A DNA stretch of 64,000 nucleotides, taken from an uncultured archaeon (GTDB taxonomy: Archaea > Asgardarchaeota > Lokiarchaeia > Sigyniarchaeales > SOKP01). This document shows, piece after piece, positions 1 to 9,472 of this stretch. How positions within the stretch are numbered: the first letter of the stretch is position 1; each line of letters begins with the position of its first letter. The position numbers and the translations under genes are program-made. The notes beneath the pieces are model-generated. The model ran no database searches, was not told the origin of the DNA, and saw nothing but the letters and a program-made list of their open reading frames with translations. The stretch spans positions 32,001 through 96,000 of the forward strand of contig CAZWEM010000008.1 of the NCBI GenBank assembly GCA_964632315.1, in the 5' to 3' direction.

Positions 1-398
1 TGATCCTCAACATTAATTTCTTTATAGAATTCAATTAATCGCTCTAATTTACTGACATTATTTTTAAGTTCATTTATGATGAAGACCTCATCCTTTAGTT
101 TTAAGGGTCTTTCACCTAACTCATCGATTCCTTTATCAGTAATGACGTAGCACATGTATTTTTTATTAGAATTCTTGTCAGTAACTAATCTTTTTTCAAC
201 ATTTCCATTTTTTTGATGGAAACTTAGATGATTTGAAACAGTTGACCTACTTAATTGTGAATACTTCAGGATACTGGTAAATCTTTGGGGTCCAAAGTTT
301 CTGAGGATAAAGAGTAATCTATTCTTATTATCTTCAATACTGCTTGCTTTTTGTAATAATTCACTTTCTAACTTTTTAGAAATACTCCAACTCTCCAT
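1..398 (-). CDS. Winged helix-turn-helix transcriptional regulator (ArsR/HxlR-like), runs off the window start
   Basis: Not in ORF track. Manual translation from ATG at 398: MESWSISKKLESELLQKASSIEDNKNRLLFILRNFGPQRFTSILKYSQLSRSTVSNHLSFHQKNGNVEKR...YVITDKG; open to base 1; HTH pattern LSRSTVSNHL and wing YxITxKG. Confidence 0.8.
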   Translation of the reverse strand, partial: MESWSISKKLESELLQKASSIEDNKNRLLFILRNFGPQRFTSILKYSQLSRSTVSNHLSFHQKNGNVEKRLVTDKNSNKKYMCYVITDKGIDELGERPLKLKDEVFIINELKNNVSKLERLIEFYKEINVED

Positions 399-575
399 AA
401 TTATTATATTATAGTTATTGTATTTAAAATTGCATTTTTTAGACCTTTTTTTATGAATAATACCAAAAAATTAAGACTAAACACAAAAAGGTTATTATGG
501 TATAGTTGATAGATGATCGCATATTAAATGCTTGGAGATGTAAGATACAAATAATCGAGAATCATATATTGTATT

Positions 576-773
576 ATGACGATTGAGAATCCCGATCTCC
601 TCAGTAGGATCAGATCCATTGAAAAACGATTAGATAAGATTGAATCACGATTGTCCACGATTGAAAATAGATTAAGTCGATCTCCCCTCCATCCACAACC
701 ATCACCCGAACCATCACGTCCTGATAGGCCACCTGGTCCCCCTGGACGACCACCAGAACCTTTGCGATTTTAA
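576..773 (+). CDS. Small coiled-coil + proline-rich protein
   Basis: 65 aa; heptads IRSIEKRLDKIESRLSTIENRL followed by PLHPQPSPEPSRPDRPPGPPGRPPEP. Confidence 0.75.
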   Translation: MTIENPDLLSRIRSIEKRLDKIESRLSTIENRLSRSPLHPQPSPEPSRPDRPPGPPGRPPEPLRF

Positions 774-904
774 ACTGAAGACTTTTTGAGTGAAAGTGTT
801 GGAACGACTGCAGTTGTTTATTTCAAACCATAGACCTTAAAATAAAAAAATCCATTATATTGATAATAAAATTTCAAATATTACAAGTAGATAGTGAAAT
901 AATC

Positions 905-1159
905 ATGGCACAATATCGTTTTCGGTTGACCGGAGTTCCTCCTGATCAAGCAATTAAACTCATTGAAGTTGATCCAAACCAAAGCATAGCAGAAATTAAG
1001 AAAACCGTTCAAAGAGAATACAAATTAAACCCGATTTTGGCGATTCAATTCATTTTTAAAGGTAAAGTTTTACCAGACCAGCTAAAATTTGCTAAAGTAG
1101 GTATCCATCCGAAGAAAGATGTAATAACCGTTATGGCTACTCAAGCGGGCGGTTGTTAA
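905..1159 (+). CDS. Ubiquitin-like (beta-grasp) protein ending GG-C
   Basis: ATG at 905 preferred over TTG at 860; 84 aa; SIAEIK..VQ and QFIFKGKVL match the ubiquitin pattern (TIENVK..IQ / RLIFAGKQL); C-terminus AGGC. Confidence 0.85.
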   Translation: MAQYRFRLTGVPPDQAIKLIEVDPNQSIAEIKKTVQREYKLNPILAIQFIFKGKVLPDQLKFAKVGIHPKKDVITVMATQAGGC

Positions 1160-1278
1160 TTTCGAGTTAGCTTCATATAATTTTATTTTCTATTTCTTTT
1201 TATACAGATAATTTAGACTCGAAATTCTGAGACATATATTTATATTTATACTCAGCAAATTACTTATTACCCAAAAGT

Positions 1279-2973
1279 TTGAAGTCAAGATATTCGAAAA
1301 TGAATAAGAAATACCTCGCTATATGGATTCTTTCAATTATTTTAATTATATCCAGTATCACTAACGTGGTAATCATTTTAAATTACCCTAAGGTTACTCC
1401 TGAGGATATATCAACGTTAGTGATAGGTACCTCAGCGGGACCACATACTTTAGAGATTGTCGATTCCTGGGATAGCGCTTCCAATGATGTACTTGAACAA
1501 GTGGTGGAAACATTGTTTTCTCATGATCTTCGAGATCCTACTTTACCTCGAATAAACTTACTTGCGGAATCCTATTATTGGCAAAACAAAACATCACTTC
1601 AGATCAAATTACGCGAAGATATTTCATTCCACGATGGTACCCCGTTTAATTCTATCGCAGCGAAATGGAACTTGGATCGATTACTATACCTTACGAATTG
1701 TACGGGAAAAAATAATAGGACTGTTGCACAAACCCGAACTTTATGGCTGCGTCCAGATGGGAAGACGCCCATTATCAACAATGTGGATGCAGTTGGGGAA
1801 TATAACATTACAATTACCTTAAACGATCCCTATGGGCCTTTTTTAAATCTTTTAACGTATATAAACGCAGGCATGATATCTCCAACTGTACACAATGCTA
1901 GTGTTCATAATTTTATTCCTCTCGATAGTAAAATAGTGGGTACTGGTCCTTTCGTGTATGACCATTACACTCCAAAAGAAGAGGTTGTTCTAACTAGATG
2001 GAAATCATATCGAGAACACATTGCCTATTTTAATGTGCTCAAATTTAAAATATATGCTGACTCTGATAAAGCCCATGAAGCGATGCTAGATGGTAAGATA
2101 GATTTTAACTACTTTGCTAGTCATGAAGATATTCTTGCTTATGAAACTCGTGAAGACATCACGGTAAAGCATTATACGGATGATACTGGTATACCAAGTT
2201 TGTTATATCAATATATTACCTTTAATAATGAGAAATTCAATCAAACTTGGAGAAAAGCAATGAGTTATGCTATAAATTATACCTATATTTTGGAGGTATT
2301 ATTACAGGGAAGGGGAAAGAGAGCGAGTTCTCCAATTTCTCCCGGTTTTGGTGCCTCTTATAATGAGTCTGCAAAAGCACCGAATTTTAACATCACGAAG
2401 GCGCGTGAAATCATGGTTTCAATGGGATTTGGAGATATGGGATGGAGTGATCAACAATGGAGTGATCATAATTTTAAATCAGTTCGATATACCTACAACC
2501 TTGGAAATACTTTTCGTGAGGATTTAGGTGTTTCATTAATTGGTAGTTTTAAGTTAATAGGTATTGATCTTTGGCTCGATGATTGGACACCTTGGGATCC
2601 TTGGTATCCTTTACTTCCCTATGATCACTTTACGACAAATTATGAACTTCTTGGACTATTTGCTAGAGGATGGGCTCCCGATTACCTTGAACCTTATAAC
2701 ATGCTTGATCCATTTTTCAATCCGATTTCTCTTTCAAATATAGCTTTAGTAAATGATACAAAATTGAACACAATGATGAATCTTGCATTAGAAACGACTA
2801 ATGATACTGCTCGGAATATCATTTATAAGGACATTCAAGGCTACCTAACTGAAGCTTGTTTCCATGCTCCTTTATACCATTCCAAAATCATCTCGGTGCA
2901 TTCTTCAAATTTACGGAATGTTCCATATAATTCAATGAGAAAGTTTCAAGCATATGGGATGTGGCGAGTATAA
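1279..2973 (+). CDS. ABC transporter substrate-binding protein, family 5 (peptide/nickel)
   Basis: N-terminal TM anchor (likely start ATG 1300); LREDISFHDGTPFNS, GTGPF, WRKAMSYAIN, GWAPDY motifs. Confidence 0.9.
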   Translation: MKSRYSKMNKKYLAIWILSIILIISSITNVVIILNYPKVTPEDISTLVIGTSAGPHTLEIVDSWDSASNDVLEQVVETLFSHDLRDPTLPRINLLAESYYWQNKTSLQIKLREDISFHDGTPFNSIAAKWNLDRLLYLTNCTGKNNRTVAQTRTLWLRPDGKTPIINNVDAVGEYNITITLNDPYGPFLNLLTYINAGMISPTVHNASVHNFIPLDSKIVGTGPFVYDHYTPKEEVVLTRWKSYREHIAYFNVLKFKIYADSDKAHEAMLDGKIDFNYFASHEDILAYETREDITVKHYTDDTGIPSLLYQYITFNNEKFNQTWRKAMSYAINYTYILEVLLQGRGKRASSPISPGFGASYNESAKAPNFNITKAREIMVSMGFGDMGWSDQQWSDHNFKSVRYTYNLGNTFREDLGVSLIGSFKLIGIDLWLDDWTPWDPWYPLLPYDHFTTNYELLGLFARGWAPDYLEPYNMLDPFFNPISLSNIALVNDTKLNTMMNLALETTNDTARNIIYKDIQGYLTEACFHAPLYHSKIISVHSSNLRNVPYNSMRKFQAYGMWRV

Positions 2974-3115
2974 AACTAATAAAAAATGAAGAATTTGATG
3001 AATTTTTTTTTGGAATGGATACTGTTAAAAGAAGTTGTTATGATCGCAGACTAGAGAAACAAATTTCTCGATTTTATCAAAATTTTGGGCATGATTTCCC
3101 ATCGGAAAATTAAAT

Positions 3116-3139
3116 TCACTTAATTTGACAATTAAGTGA
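3116..3139. repeat. Perfect 10-bp inverted repeat (operator or terminator-like)
   Basis: TCACTTAATT-TGAC-AATTAAGTGA, intergenic. Confidence 0.5.
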
Positions 3140-3286
3140 TTTAGATTATAAAGATCCCATTTAACTTGAAATCATTTCAGTAAATTTCACAAAGGTTTAA
3201 ATATTTTCAAGGTTATATACTAACTCAAATAATACTCATAGGTTTTTCACGAGAAATCCTATTAATAAAGAAGAGATTTAGGAAAA

Positions 3287-3949
3287 ATGACAATCATATT
3301 TGGATATTTTCAGTATTTGAGTTACATGTATCTAATTTCAACTACGATTCCCTGGATAATCCAAGCGTGCTTTTACATCACAATCAATTTTTTGATAATA
3401 AGATCAAGTAAAACTAACTTTGGAGAAAAAGAGCGACCAGAACTACTTTATTACATTGGTGTGATCAATATTATTTTTCTGTTAATTCGGTTTGCTATTC
3501 CAATATATAGCGGAACGAGTACAACTGACATTGAGTTATTTTTTGAAATTACATACGTGATTTCATATGGTTTAATACTGTCCTTGCCATCTCTAATCAC
3601 GTATGGAATATTCATGTTCAAGTATGGGAAAGTAAATGAACAACGATTTAATAAATACCTAAAAATTAGCGGGATTCTTTGGATAATCTCTTTTTCCATT
3701 GGCACGCTCATGCTTAATGGGTATTTGCTTTCGATAGTTTTTTACTTTTTACCCTATTCTTATATAGGGTGGTATACATTAACTACATTGTTAAGCATTT
3801 CTGGGTTAATCTCTCTCGTAGCTTGGATCCTACTCATTATTCATTCTGTAAAAAACAATGATAAAAATCTACTGATCAGCGGAATTCTTGCATTTTTAGC
3901 GTTGGGAGCTTCCTACATATATAGCATGTTTCTACCCCTTCTAATTTAA
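3287..3949 (+). CDS. Hypothetical multi-pass membrane protein
   Basis: 220 aa, about 6 hydrophobic segments. Confidence 0.75.
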   Translation: MTIIFGYFQYLSYMYLISTTIPWIIQACFYITINFLIIRSSKTNFGEKERPELLYYIGVINIIFLLIRFAIPIYSGTSTTDIELFFEITYVISYGLILSLPSLITYGIFMFKYGKVNEQRFNKYLKISGILWIISFSIGTLMLNGYLLSIVFYFLPYSYIGWYTLTTLLSISGLISLVAWILLIIHSVKNNDKNLLISGILAFLALGASYIYSMFLPLLI

Positions 3950-4095
3950 TATTTTTTTATACTTCTTTTTCTGCTTAATTTTACAAAAATACCCTTCATA
4001 AAGGATCAAATAAGTCTACTAGGATCTTTGCATTAATTAATTTAGACAAACCCTAATATAAACTCACGAATTAAATATTAGTATTAAAAAAATCA

Positions 4096-5331
4096 GTGAA
4101 GAAGCTCATGAAAAATGCTACACTAGTTGCAATTCAAAAGATAGAATCAGAAGATATTGAAAAATCAGTTTTTAAAGCATTAGAGTTGATAAATGCTAAA
4201 GAATTAATGAAAAATGATCAAACGATATTACTAAAACCAAATCTTCTTGGGGCTTGGCCTCCCGAACGAGCAGCCACGACTCATCCTGAAGTGGTAAGAG
4301 CTGTAATCCGGTGGGTTAAGCAATACGAGCCAAAGAAAATATATTTATGCGATTCTTCGGGTACAGCCAAAACGGAAGTAACTGAAAAAGCGATGAAAGT
4401 TAGTGGTTTGCAATCAGTATGTGAAGAAGAGGATGTGGAATGCATACCATTTGAAAAAACTGAACGAAAAATCTACCAAGTACCATCCCCATTAGAGTTG
4501 GAAGAAATAACAAGCTCCAAGCTTCTTGAAGAAGCAGATCTCATCATCAATCTTCCCAAAATTAAGACCCATGGTCAATGCTTGCTCACTTGTAGTATCA
4601 AAAACATGTTTGGAACCCTTCTTTTGGGAAATAAGGCAAAAACGCACGCGAGATCAGCAAGAATTGAACGATTTTCTGCGGCACTAGCTGATATATATTC
4701 TGTTTCAAAGCCCGATTTGACCATAGTAGATGGTTACTTATGTCAAGAAGGCCAAGGGCCTTCTGCGGGCGATGTTGTAAAAATGGACGTGATTTTAGCA
4801 GGTTATGATCCAGTAGCATTGGATACCGTGGCATGTGAGATTACTGGAATTAACCCAAACGATGTAATACATCTAAGAAAGGCAGAAAAAAAAGGATTAG
4901 GTACGATGGACTTAGAGAAGATCAATATCGTGGGGAATTCACCAAAAGAAGTATATCGGAAATTTAAAAAACCAAAAATAAGACCCGTATCTGCTCCGTT
5001 ACCCCGTTGGTTGGCAAATTATATTGCTAAAGTCGTTTTTAGAGCGAGTGTAAAATTTAACCATGATAAGTGTAGATTATGTGGTACTTGTTGGGAAAAT
5101 TGTCCTGGAAATGCAATAGTTCCTCCAGAACAGATGAAAAAGGGAAATACACCTACCTGGATTAAAAAGAATTGCATAATGTGCTATTGTTGCGTTGAAT
5201 TGTGCCCGTATGAAGCCGTTAACTTTAAAATTAATTATGCTAAAAACGTACTAAAATCTTGGGCTGGTGTTGGTCTATTATGCGTGATAGCAATATTAAT
5301 ACTAATTTTCATTTTGATTTTTGCGTTTTAA
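4096..5331 (+). CDS. DUF362 family protein with 2x[4Fe-4S] ferredoxin domain and C-terminal TM
   Basis: LLKPNL, TTHPEVV, INLPKIKTH, KNMFG, GQGP motifs; CRLCGTCWENCP and CIMCYCCVELCP. Confidence 0.9.
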   Translation: MKKLMKNATLVAIQKIESEDIEKSVFKALELINAKELMKNDQTILLKPNLLGAWPPERAATTHPEVVRAVIRWVKQYEPKKIYLCDSSGTAKTEVTEKAMKVSGLQSVCEEEDVECIPFEKTERKIYQVPSPLELEEITSSKLLEEADLIINLPKIKTHGQCLLTCSIKNMFGTLLLGNKAKTHARSARIERFSAALADIYSVSKPDLTIVDGYLCQEGQGPSAGDVVKMDVILAGYDPVALDTVACEITGINPNDVIHLRKAEKKGLGTMDLEKINIVGNSPKEVYRKFKKPKIRPVSAPLPRWLANYIAKVVFRASVKFNHDKCRLCGTCWENCPGNAIVPPEQMKKGNTPTWIKKNCIMCYCCVELCPYEAVNFKINYAKNVLKSWAGVGLLCVIAILILIFILIFAF

Positions 5332-5602
5332 ATTGTAATTAATGCTCTGGAAAAATACAGATGGTTTTACCCCTATTTTGAGTGGCTCTAATATTATATT
5401 TTTTAGCATCCCATTTTCTTGAAAAACTATGGTTTTCTATTTTCAGAATCAACAAAATATTCATAAACTTCAGAATTGTTAATAAATATATATGTTTTGT
5501 AACATTAGAAGAAGAATATTGTTAGCAAGATTTGCCTTCTTCTTGTAGTATTCAATCCGAATGATGTATTCATAGAAAATATTATTAATAGAGGTATTTT
5601 AA

Positions 5603-6988
5603 TTGAAATTTGCGATTTTAAATGGAAGCCCAAAAGGTCCCGAGAGTGTCTCGATGCAATATGTTCTCTATATCCAGAAAAAACATCCTGAACACGAATA
5701 TAATATTCTCAATGTTGCCCAAATCATTAATGTTCTTGAAAAGAATGAGGATAGATTTAATGAGATAATAAAGCAAATTGAAGATTCTGATGGGGTTATT
5801 TGGGGTTTTCCCGTGTATGTCATGCTCGTATGTTCCCAATTTAAAAGATTTATAGAATTGATATTTGAGAGAAATAAGCAAATTGTTTTCAAGGATAAAT
5901 ATACTGCTGTTTTATCTACCTCAATCCACTTTTATGATCATACTGCTCAAAATTACATCCATGCGATTTGTGATGATCTTGGAATGAAATATGTAGGGTA
6001 TTTCCCAGCAGACAGTTGGGACTTATTATATCCTGATAGAAGGGCAAATTGGTTATTATTTGCCGAAAAGTTTATTGAAGCGATTCAGACACAACAACCT
6101 ACAACGCAACATTATCAAAAAGCTCAAGTTAGAGATTTCACATATGAACCATCAGACTCTGTTGATGAGAAGTTAAATACAAGAGAGCGAAAAGTTCTTG
6201 TACTTTCAGAAGATACCAGCAATGAGATTAATCTTGGAAAAATGGTAAAAAAGTTTGTAAAGTCATTTTCTGGAAATGTGGAGTTAGTAAATATTTATGA
6301 TATCGATATAAAGGGGCCTTGTATAGGATGTACAAAATGTGGCTACTCACACGAATGTATATATAAAGAGAAAGATGATTTTACCAACTTTTGGACTCAT
6401 AAAGTGATGAAAGCGGATATATTGATATTTGCAAGCATAATAAAAGATAGATACCTATCCTCACGTTGGAAACTTATTTATGATCGAGCTTTTTTCAACA
6501 ACCATACTCCAACCCTAATCGGAAAACAGATAGGTTATATTATATCTGGTCCATTAAGCCAGAATCTGAATTTAAAAGAGATGTTGATTGCACACGTGGA
6601 ATATCAAGATTCTAATTATGTAGACGTGGTTACTGATGAGTTTGGGGACTCTACTCATATTGATGCTCTACTTCATAACCTAGCCAAAAAAATGGTGGAC
6701 TATTCTTTAGCAGGATACATTAAGCCAATTTCGTTTTTAGGAGAGGCTGCGATGAAAATCTTCAGAGATGACGTTTTTGGAAGAAATAGATTTGTCTTTC
6801 TTGCTGATCATAAGTATTATGAAGCTCATGGCGTATACGATACATTTCCACAGAACGACGAGAGAGCAAAGAGAATGAATGAAAAGCTAATCCCATTGAT
6901 GAAGATTGATAAAATGAGAAGCAAAATCGACTTAAAAAAAGAATTTCTAAAACCATTCCAAAAAGTTTTAGAAGATCCGAGGAAGTAA
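5603..6988 (+). CDS. Tandem flavodoxin-like / NAD(P)H-dependent FMN reductase (iron-sulfur flavoprotein family)
   Basis: LNGSPKG, FPVY in domain 1; CIGCTKC..C Isf-type motif in domain 2. Confidence 0.85.
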   Translation: MKFAILNGSPKGPESVSMQYVLYIQKKHPEHEYNILNVAQIINVLEKNEDRFNEIIKQIEDSDGVIWGFPVYVMLVCSQFKRFIELIFERNKQIVFKDKYTAVLSTSIHFYDHTAQNYIHAICDDLGMKYVGYFPADSWDLLYPDRRANWLLFAEKFIEAIQTQQPTTQHYQKAQVRDFTYEPSDSVDEKLNTRERKVLVLSEDTSNEINLGKMVKKFVKSFSGNVELVNIYDIDIKGPCIGCTKCGYSHECIYKEKDDFTNFWTHKVMKADILIFASIIKDRYLSSRWKLIYDRAFFNNHTPTLIGKQIGYIISGPLSQNLNLKEMLIAHVEYQDSNYVDVVTDEFGDSTHIDALLHNLAKKMVDYSLAGYIKPISFLGEAAMKIFRDDVFGRNRFVFLADHKYYEAHGVYDTFPQNDERAKRMNEKLIPLMKIDKMRSKIDLKKEFLKPFQKVLEDPRK

Positions 6989-6992
6989 AAAT

Positions 6993-7175
6993 ATGGCGTG
7001 GGGAGGTTCTTTAAATAAGGAAGGTTCTGATCACATTAGAGAATTAAAGGAAGCAGATAATGTGGTAAAATTCTTAGAAAAATTTAAGGAAAAGTTAGTA
7101 AAGGAAAAGAAAGAGAAAATTAATGCCGTAATTGATGTTATCGTTAAATATTACACGCAAGATGATCATTCATAG
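6993..7175 (+). CDS. Small hypothetical protein
   Basis: 60 aa helical, starts 4 nt after the upstream stop. Confidence 0.55.
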   Translation: MAWGGSLNKEGSDHIRELKEADNVVKFLEKFKEKLVKEKKEKINAVIDVIVKYYTQDDHS

Positions 7176-7739
7176 TTTCAATATTGAGTTTTTTATTAAA
7201 TCAATTATTTGATTAGCCACTTTTTCAATTTTAGGTGATAAATTGATTTCAAAAAAAGGTAGATCGACATTTTCATTTAAATCTTCTAAAGACAATTCCC
7301 CGTATTTATACTGACGTAGTTCAACAAATCCTTCAAGACTTTTAGGGACTATCCCAATCATAAAAGCGTCCAAATTTGGAAGCTTTTCAAGTAGTAAATC
7401 GATCATAATATATATAGGGATAGTATGAGAAGAAATAGGGACCAATTCTTTAATATCTTCCCTTTCTATTATTGCTACTGTTCCAGGTTCTGCATTTAAA
7501 GTACATGTATCTATTAATATCAAATGAGAGGGATTAAATTCAATGACCTCATCCATTCTTAACATTGGATCAGTAGCTCCGTTAATAAACAACATGGTAT
7601 CATTAGAATATGTCAGTAATTCACTTATTATGTAAGGACCTACTCCATCATCTGAAAGTTTTTCCTCGCCAATCCCCATGAATACGATACGGGAATGATT
7701 TTTAAGCCGTTCCAATAATTTATCATGAAAGTCTTTCAT
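7170..7739 (-). CDS. hycI: Hydrogenase maturation protease (HycI-like)
   Basis: MGIGEEKLSDDGVGPYI, LILID, PGTVAII, ISSHTIP motifs. Confidence 0.85.
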   Translation of the reverse strand: MKDFHDKLLERLKNHSRIVFMGIGEEKLSDDGVGPYIISELLTYSNDTMLFINGATDPMLRMDEVIEFNPSHLILIDTCTLNAEPGTVAIIEREDIKELVPISSHTIPIYIMIDLLLEKLPNLDAFMIGIVPKSLEGFVELRQYKYGELSLEDLNENVDLPFFEINLSPKIEKVANQIIDLIKNSILKL

Positions 7740-7815
7740 TACTAATTAAATGAAATGTATCAAATACTAAAAGCGATTTGGTAAGTTTTAAATCCTTATA
7801 AAATTTGATTTAAGT

Positions 7816-8697
7816 ATGCTTTTAAAAGGGAAAAATATTGTAATAACTGGCGCTGGACGTGGCATAGGCAAATCAATTGCATTAGCATGTGCAAAGGAAG
7901 GAGCTAATGTCGGATTAATTTCAAGAACTATTGAAGAATTAAATAAGACCAAAAAAGAAGTGGAAGAATTGGGAACTGGAGTGAAGGTTATTGTTAATTC
8001 CACTGATATAACAAAATTTGAAGAGGTTGAAGAGGCTTTTAAAGTGTTCTACAATGAAATGGGTTTGTTAAACAGAGTAATCGCTAATGCAGGATATTCT
8101 CGAATGTGGGCAACCCATGAATTTATAAACGAAAAATTTGCTGAAATCTTAAACGTCAATATACTCGGGGTGTTCTATACATTTAAAGCTGCATATCCAT
8201 ATTTGAAAAAGGATGATAAAAAAGATAAAGCAAGATTTATAATTACTGGAAGTGAAGCATATCCAAATGCTCCAGCAAGACTTACTGCTTATGTTGCAAG
8301 TAAATATGCTGTCGTAGGAATGCAAAAAGCAATGTCAGCAGAATACAAAAGGGAAAGTATTAATTTTACGATGGTTTTACCTACACAAGTCGATACTACT
8401 CTATTGAGAGGCAAGAATGCAGGTGATGGAAATAAACCAGATCATGTTTTAAATCCCTGGGATTTAAATGAGTATTATCTTTTTCTCCTTTCTGAAAATG
8501 CTAATAGGATCGACAATGGCTTAATCTTTACCTACGATTTTCAAGTGGTCAAAAGAGTTTTAGCTGCAGCACCAGTGGGTAAGAGGGAGAATTGGGAGGT
8601 TTTTGAAAGTTATTTTAAGGAAAATGCTCCAAAAAGTTATGATAACGTAAAAGATTATGGAAAACTAGTCGATTTTATTATCTCTCGTTCCCAATAG
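7816..8697 (+). CDS. SDR family NAD(P)-dependent oxidoreductase
   Basis: TGAGRGIG, ANAG, YVASK (YxxxK). Confidence 0.92.
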   Translation: MLLKGKNIVITGAGRGIGKSIALACAKEGANVGLISRTIEELNKTKKEVEELGTGVKVIVNSTDITKFEEVEEAFKVFYNEMGLLNRVIANAGYSRMWATHEFINEKFAEILNVNILGVFYTFKAAYPYLKKDDKKDKARFIITGSEAYPNAPARLTAYVASKYAVVGMQKAMSAEYKRESINFTMVLPTQVDTTLLRGKNAGDGNKPDHVLNPWDLNEYYLFLLSENANRIDNGLIFTYDFQVVKRVLAAAPVGKRENWEVFESYFKENAPKSYDNVKDYGKLVDFIISRSQ

Positions 8698-8854
8698 GTT
8701 TTTTTTGTTATTTGCCATAAATATGATTAGTGATTTAGATAAAATCATGATAGGATTTTAGATTGAACGGGAATGTTGACTGTTTAATTGTCGGCTCCAT
8801 CAATTTTAATATGATCAAGTTCTTTAGAAATGATGGTTTATTAATAAAGAGAAC

Positions 8855-9472
8855 ATGACGGAAAACACGGATGAAAAGCCAGAAAAAAATCAGTATACTG
8901 GTTTTATAGAAACTGAAAAAGTTTTTATAATTGACCAAGAAGCTATTGATGAATTTTATAATGCTTCATACATTGGGACTCTAGAAAATGAAGATGATGA
9001 AGAATCTCGTCTAATACTAAGTTCTGTTGAAGTTTTATTGCTTTTCGAACGGAATAGAATACAGATTTACCACAATAATGATATCGCTGAGGAGCAATAC
9101 ACTTTTGAGGAAATTTTAACGTATTTTACTCAATATGATGATAATTTATGGCAAAAATATATCATTTACATGGATTTACGAAAAAGGGGTTACATCGTTC
9201 GGACTGGATATGGTGAGGGTATTGAGTTTAGAGTGTATAAAAGAGGCGCTGATTTTGAAAAGGATTCTGCAAAATATTTAATATATCCCGTCTTTGAAGG
9301 AAATCCAATTGAATTGAGGGATTTAGATAAAATTTCAAGAGTAGCATTAGGCTCAAGAAAGGATTTGATCATTGCTACAGTAGATCGTCTAAGTAAAGCC
9401 ATATATTATAGTGTAAATAAATTTGAAATAATTAATAACGTAGAATTAAAAGAAGAGGATTATGCCAGATAA
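8855..9472 (+). CDS. endA: tRNA-intron endonuclease subunit (probably structural type)
   Basis: YMDLRKRGYIVRTG, FRVY, RVALGSRKDLIIA; usual catalytic His position reads SA. Confidence 0.85.
   Translation: MTENTDEKPEKNQYTGFIETEKVFIIDQEAIDEFYNASYIGTLENEDDEESRLILSSVEVLLLFERNRIQIYHNNDIAEEQYTFEEILTYFTQYDDNLWQKYIIYMDLRKRGYIVRTGYGEGIEFRVYKRGADFEKDSAKYLIYPVFEGNPIELRDLDKISRVALGSRKDLIIATVDRLSKAIYYSVNKFEIINNVELKEEDYAR

Noticed and set aside
8745-8820. Possible C/D-box guide RNA (TGTCGGCTC resembles a 23S rRNA segment)
   Set aside because: No convincing RUGAUGA/CUGA box pair on either strand.
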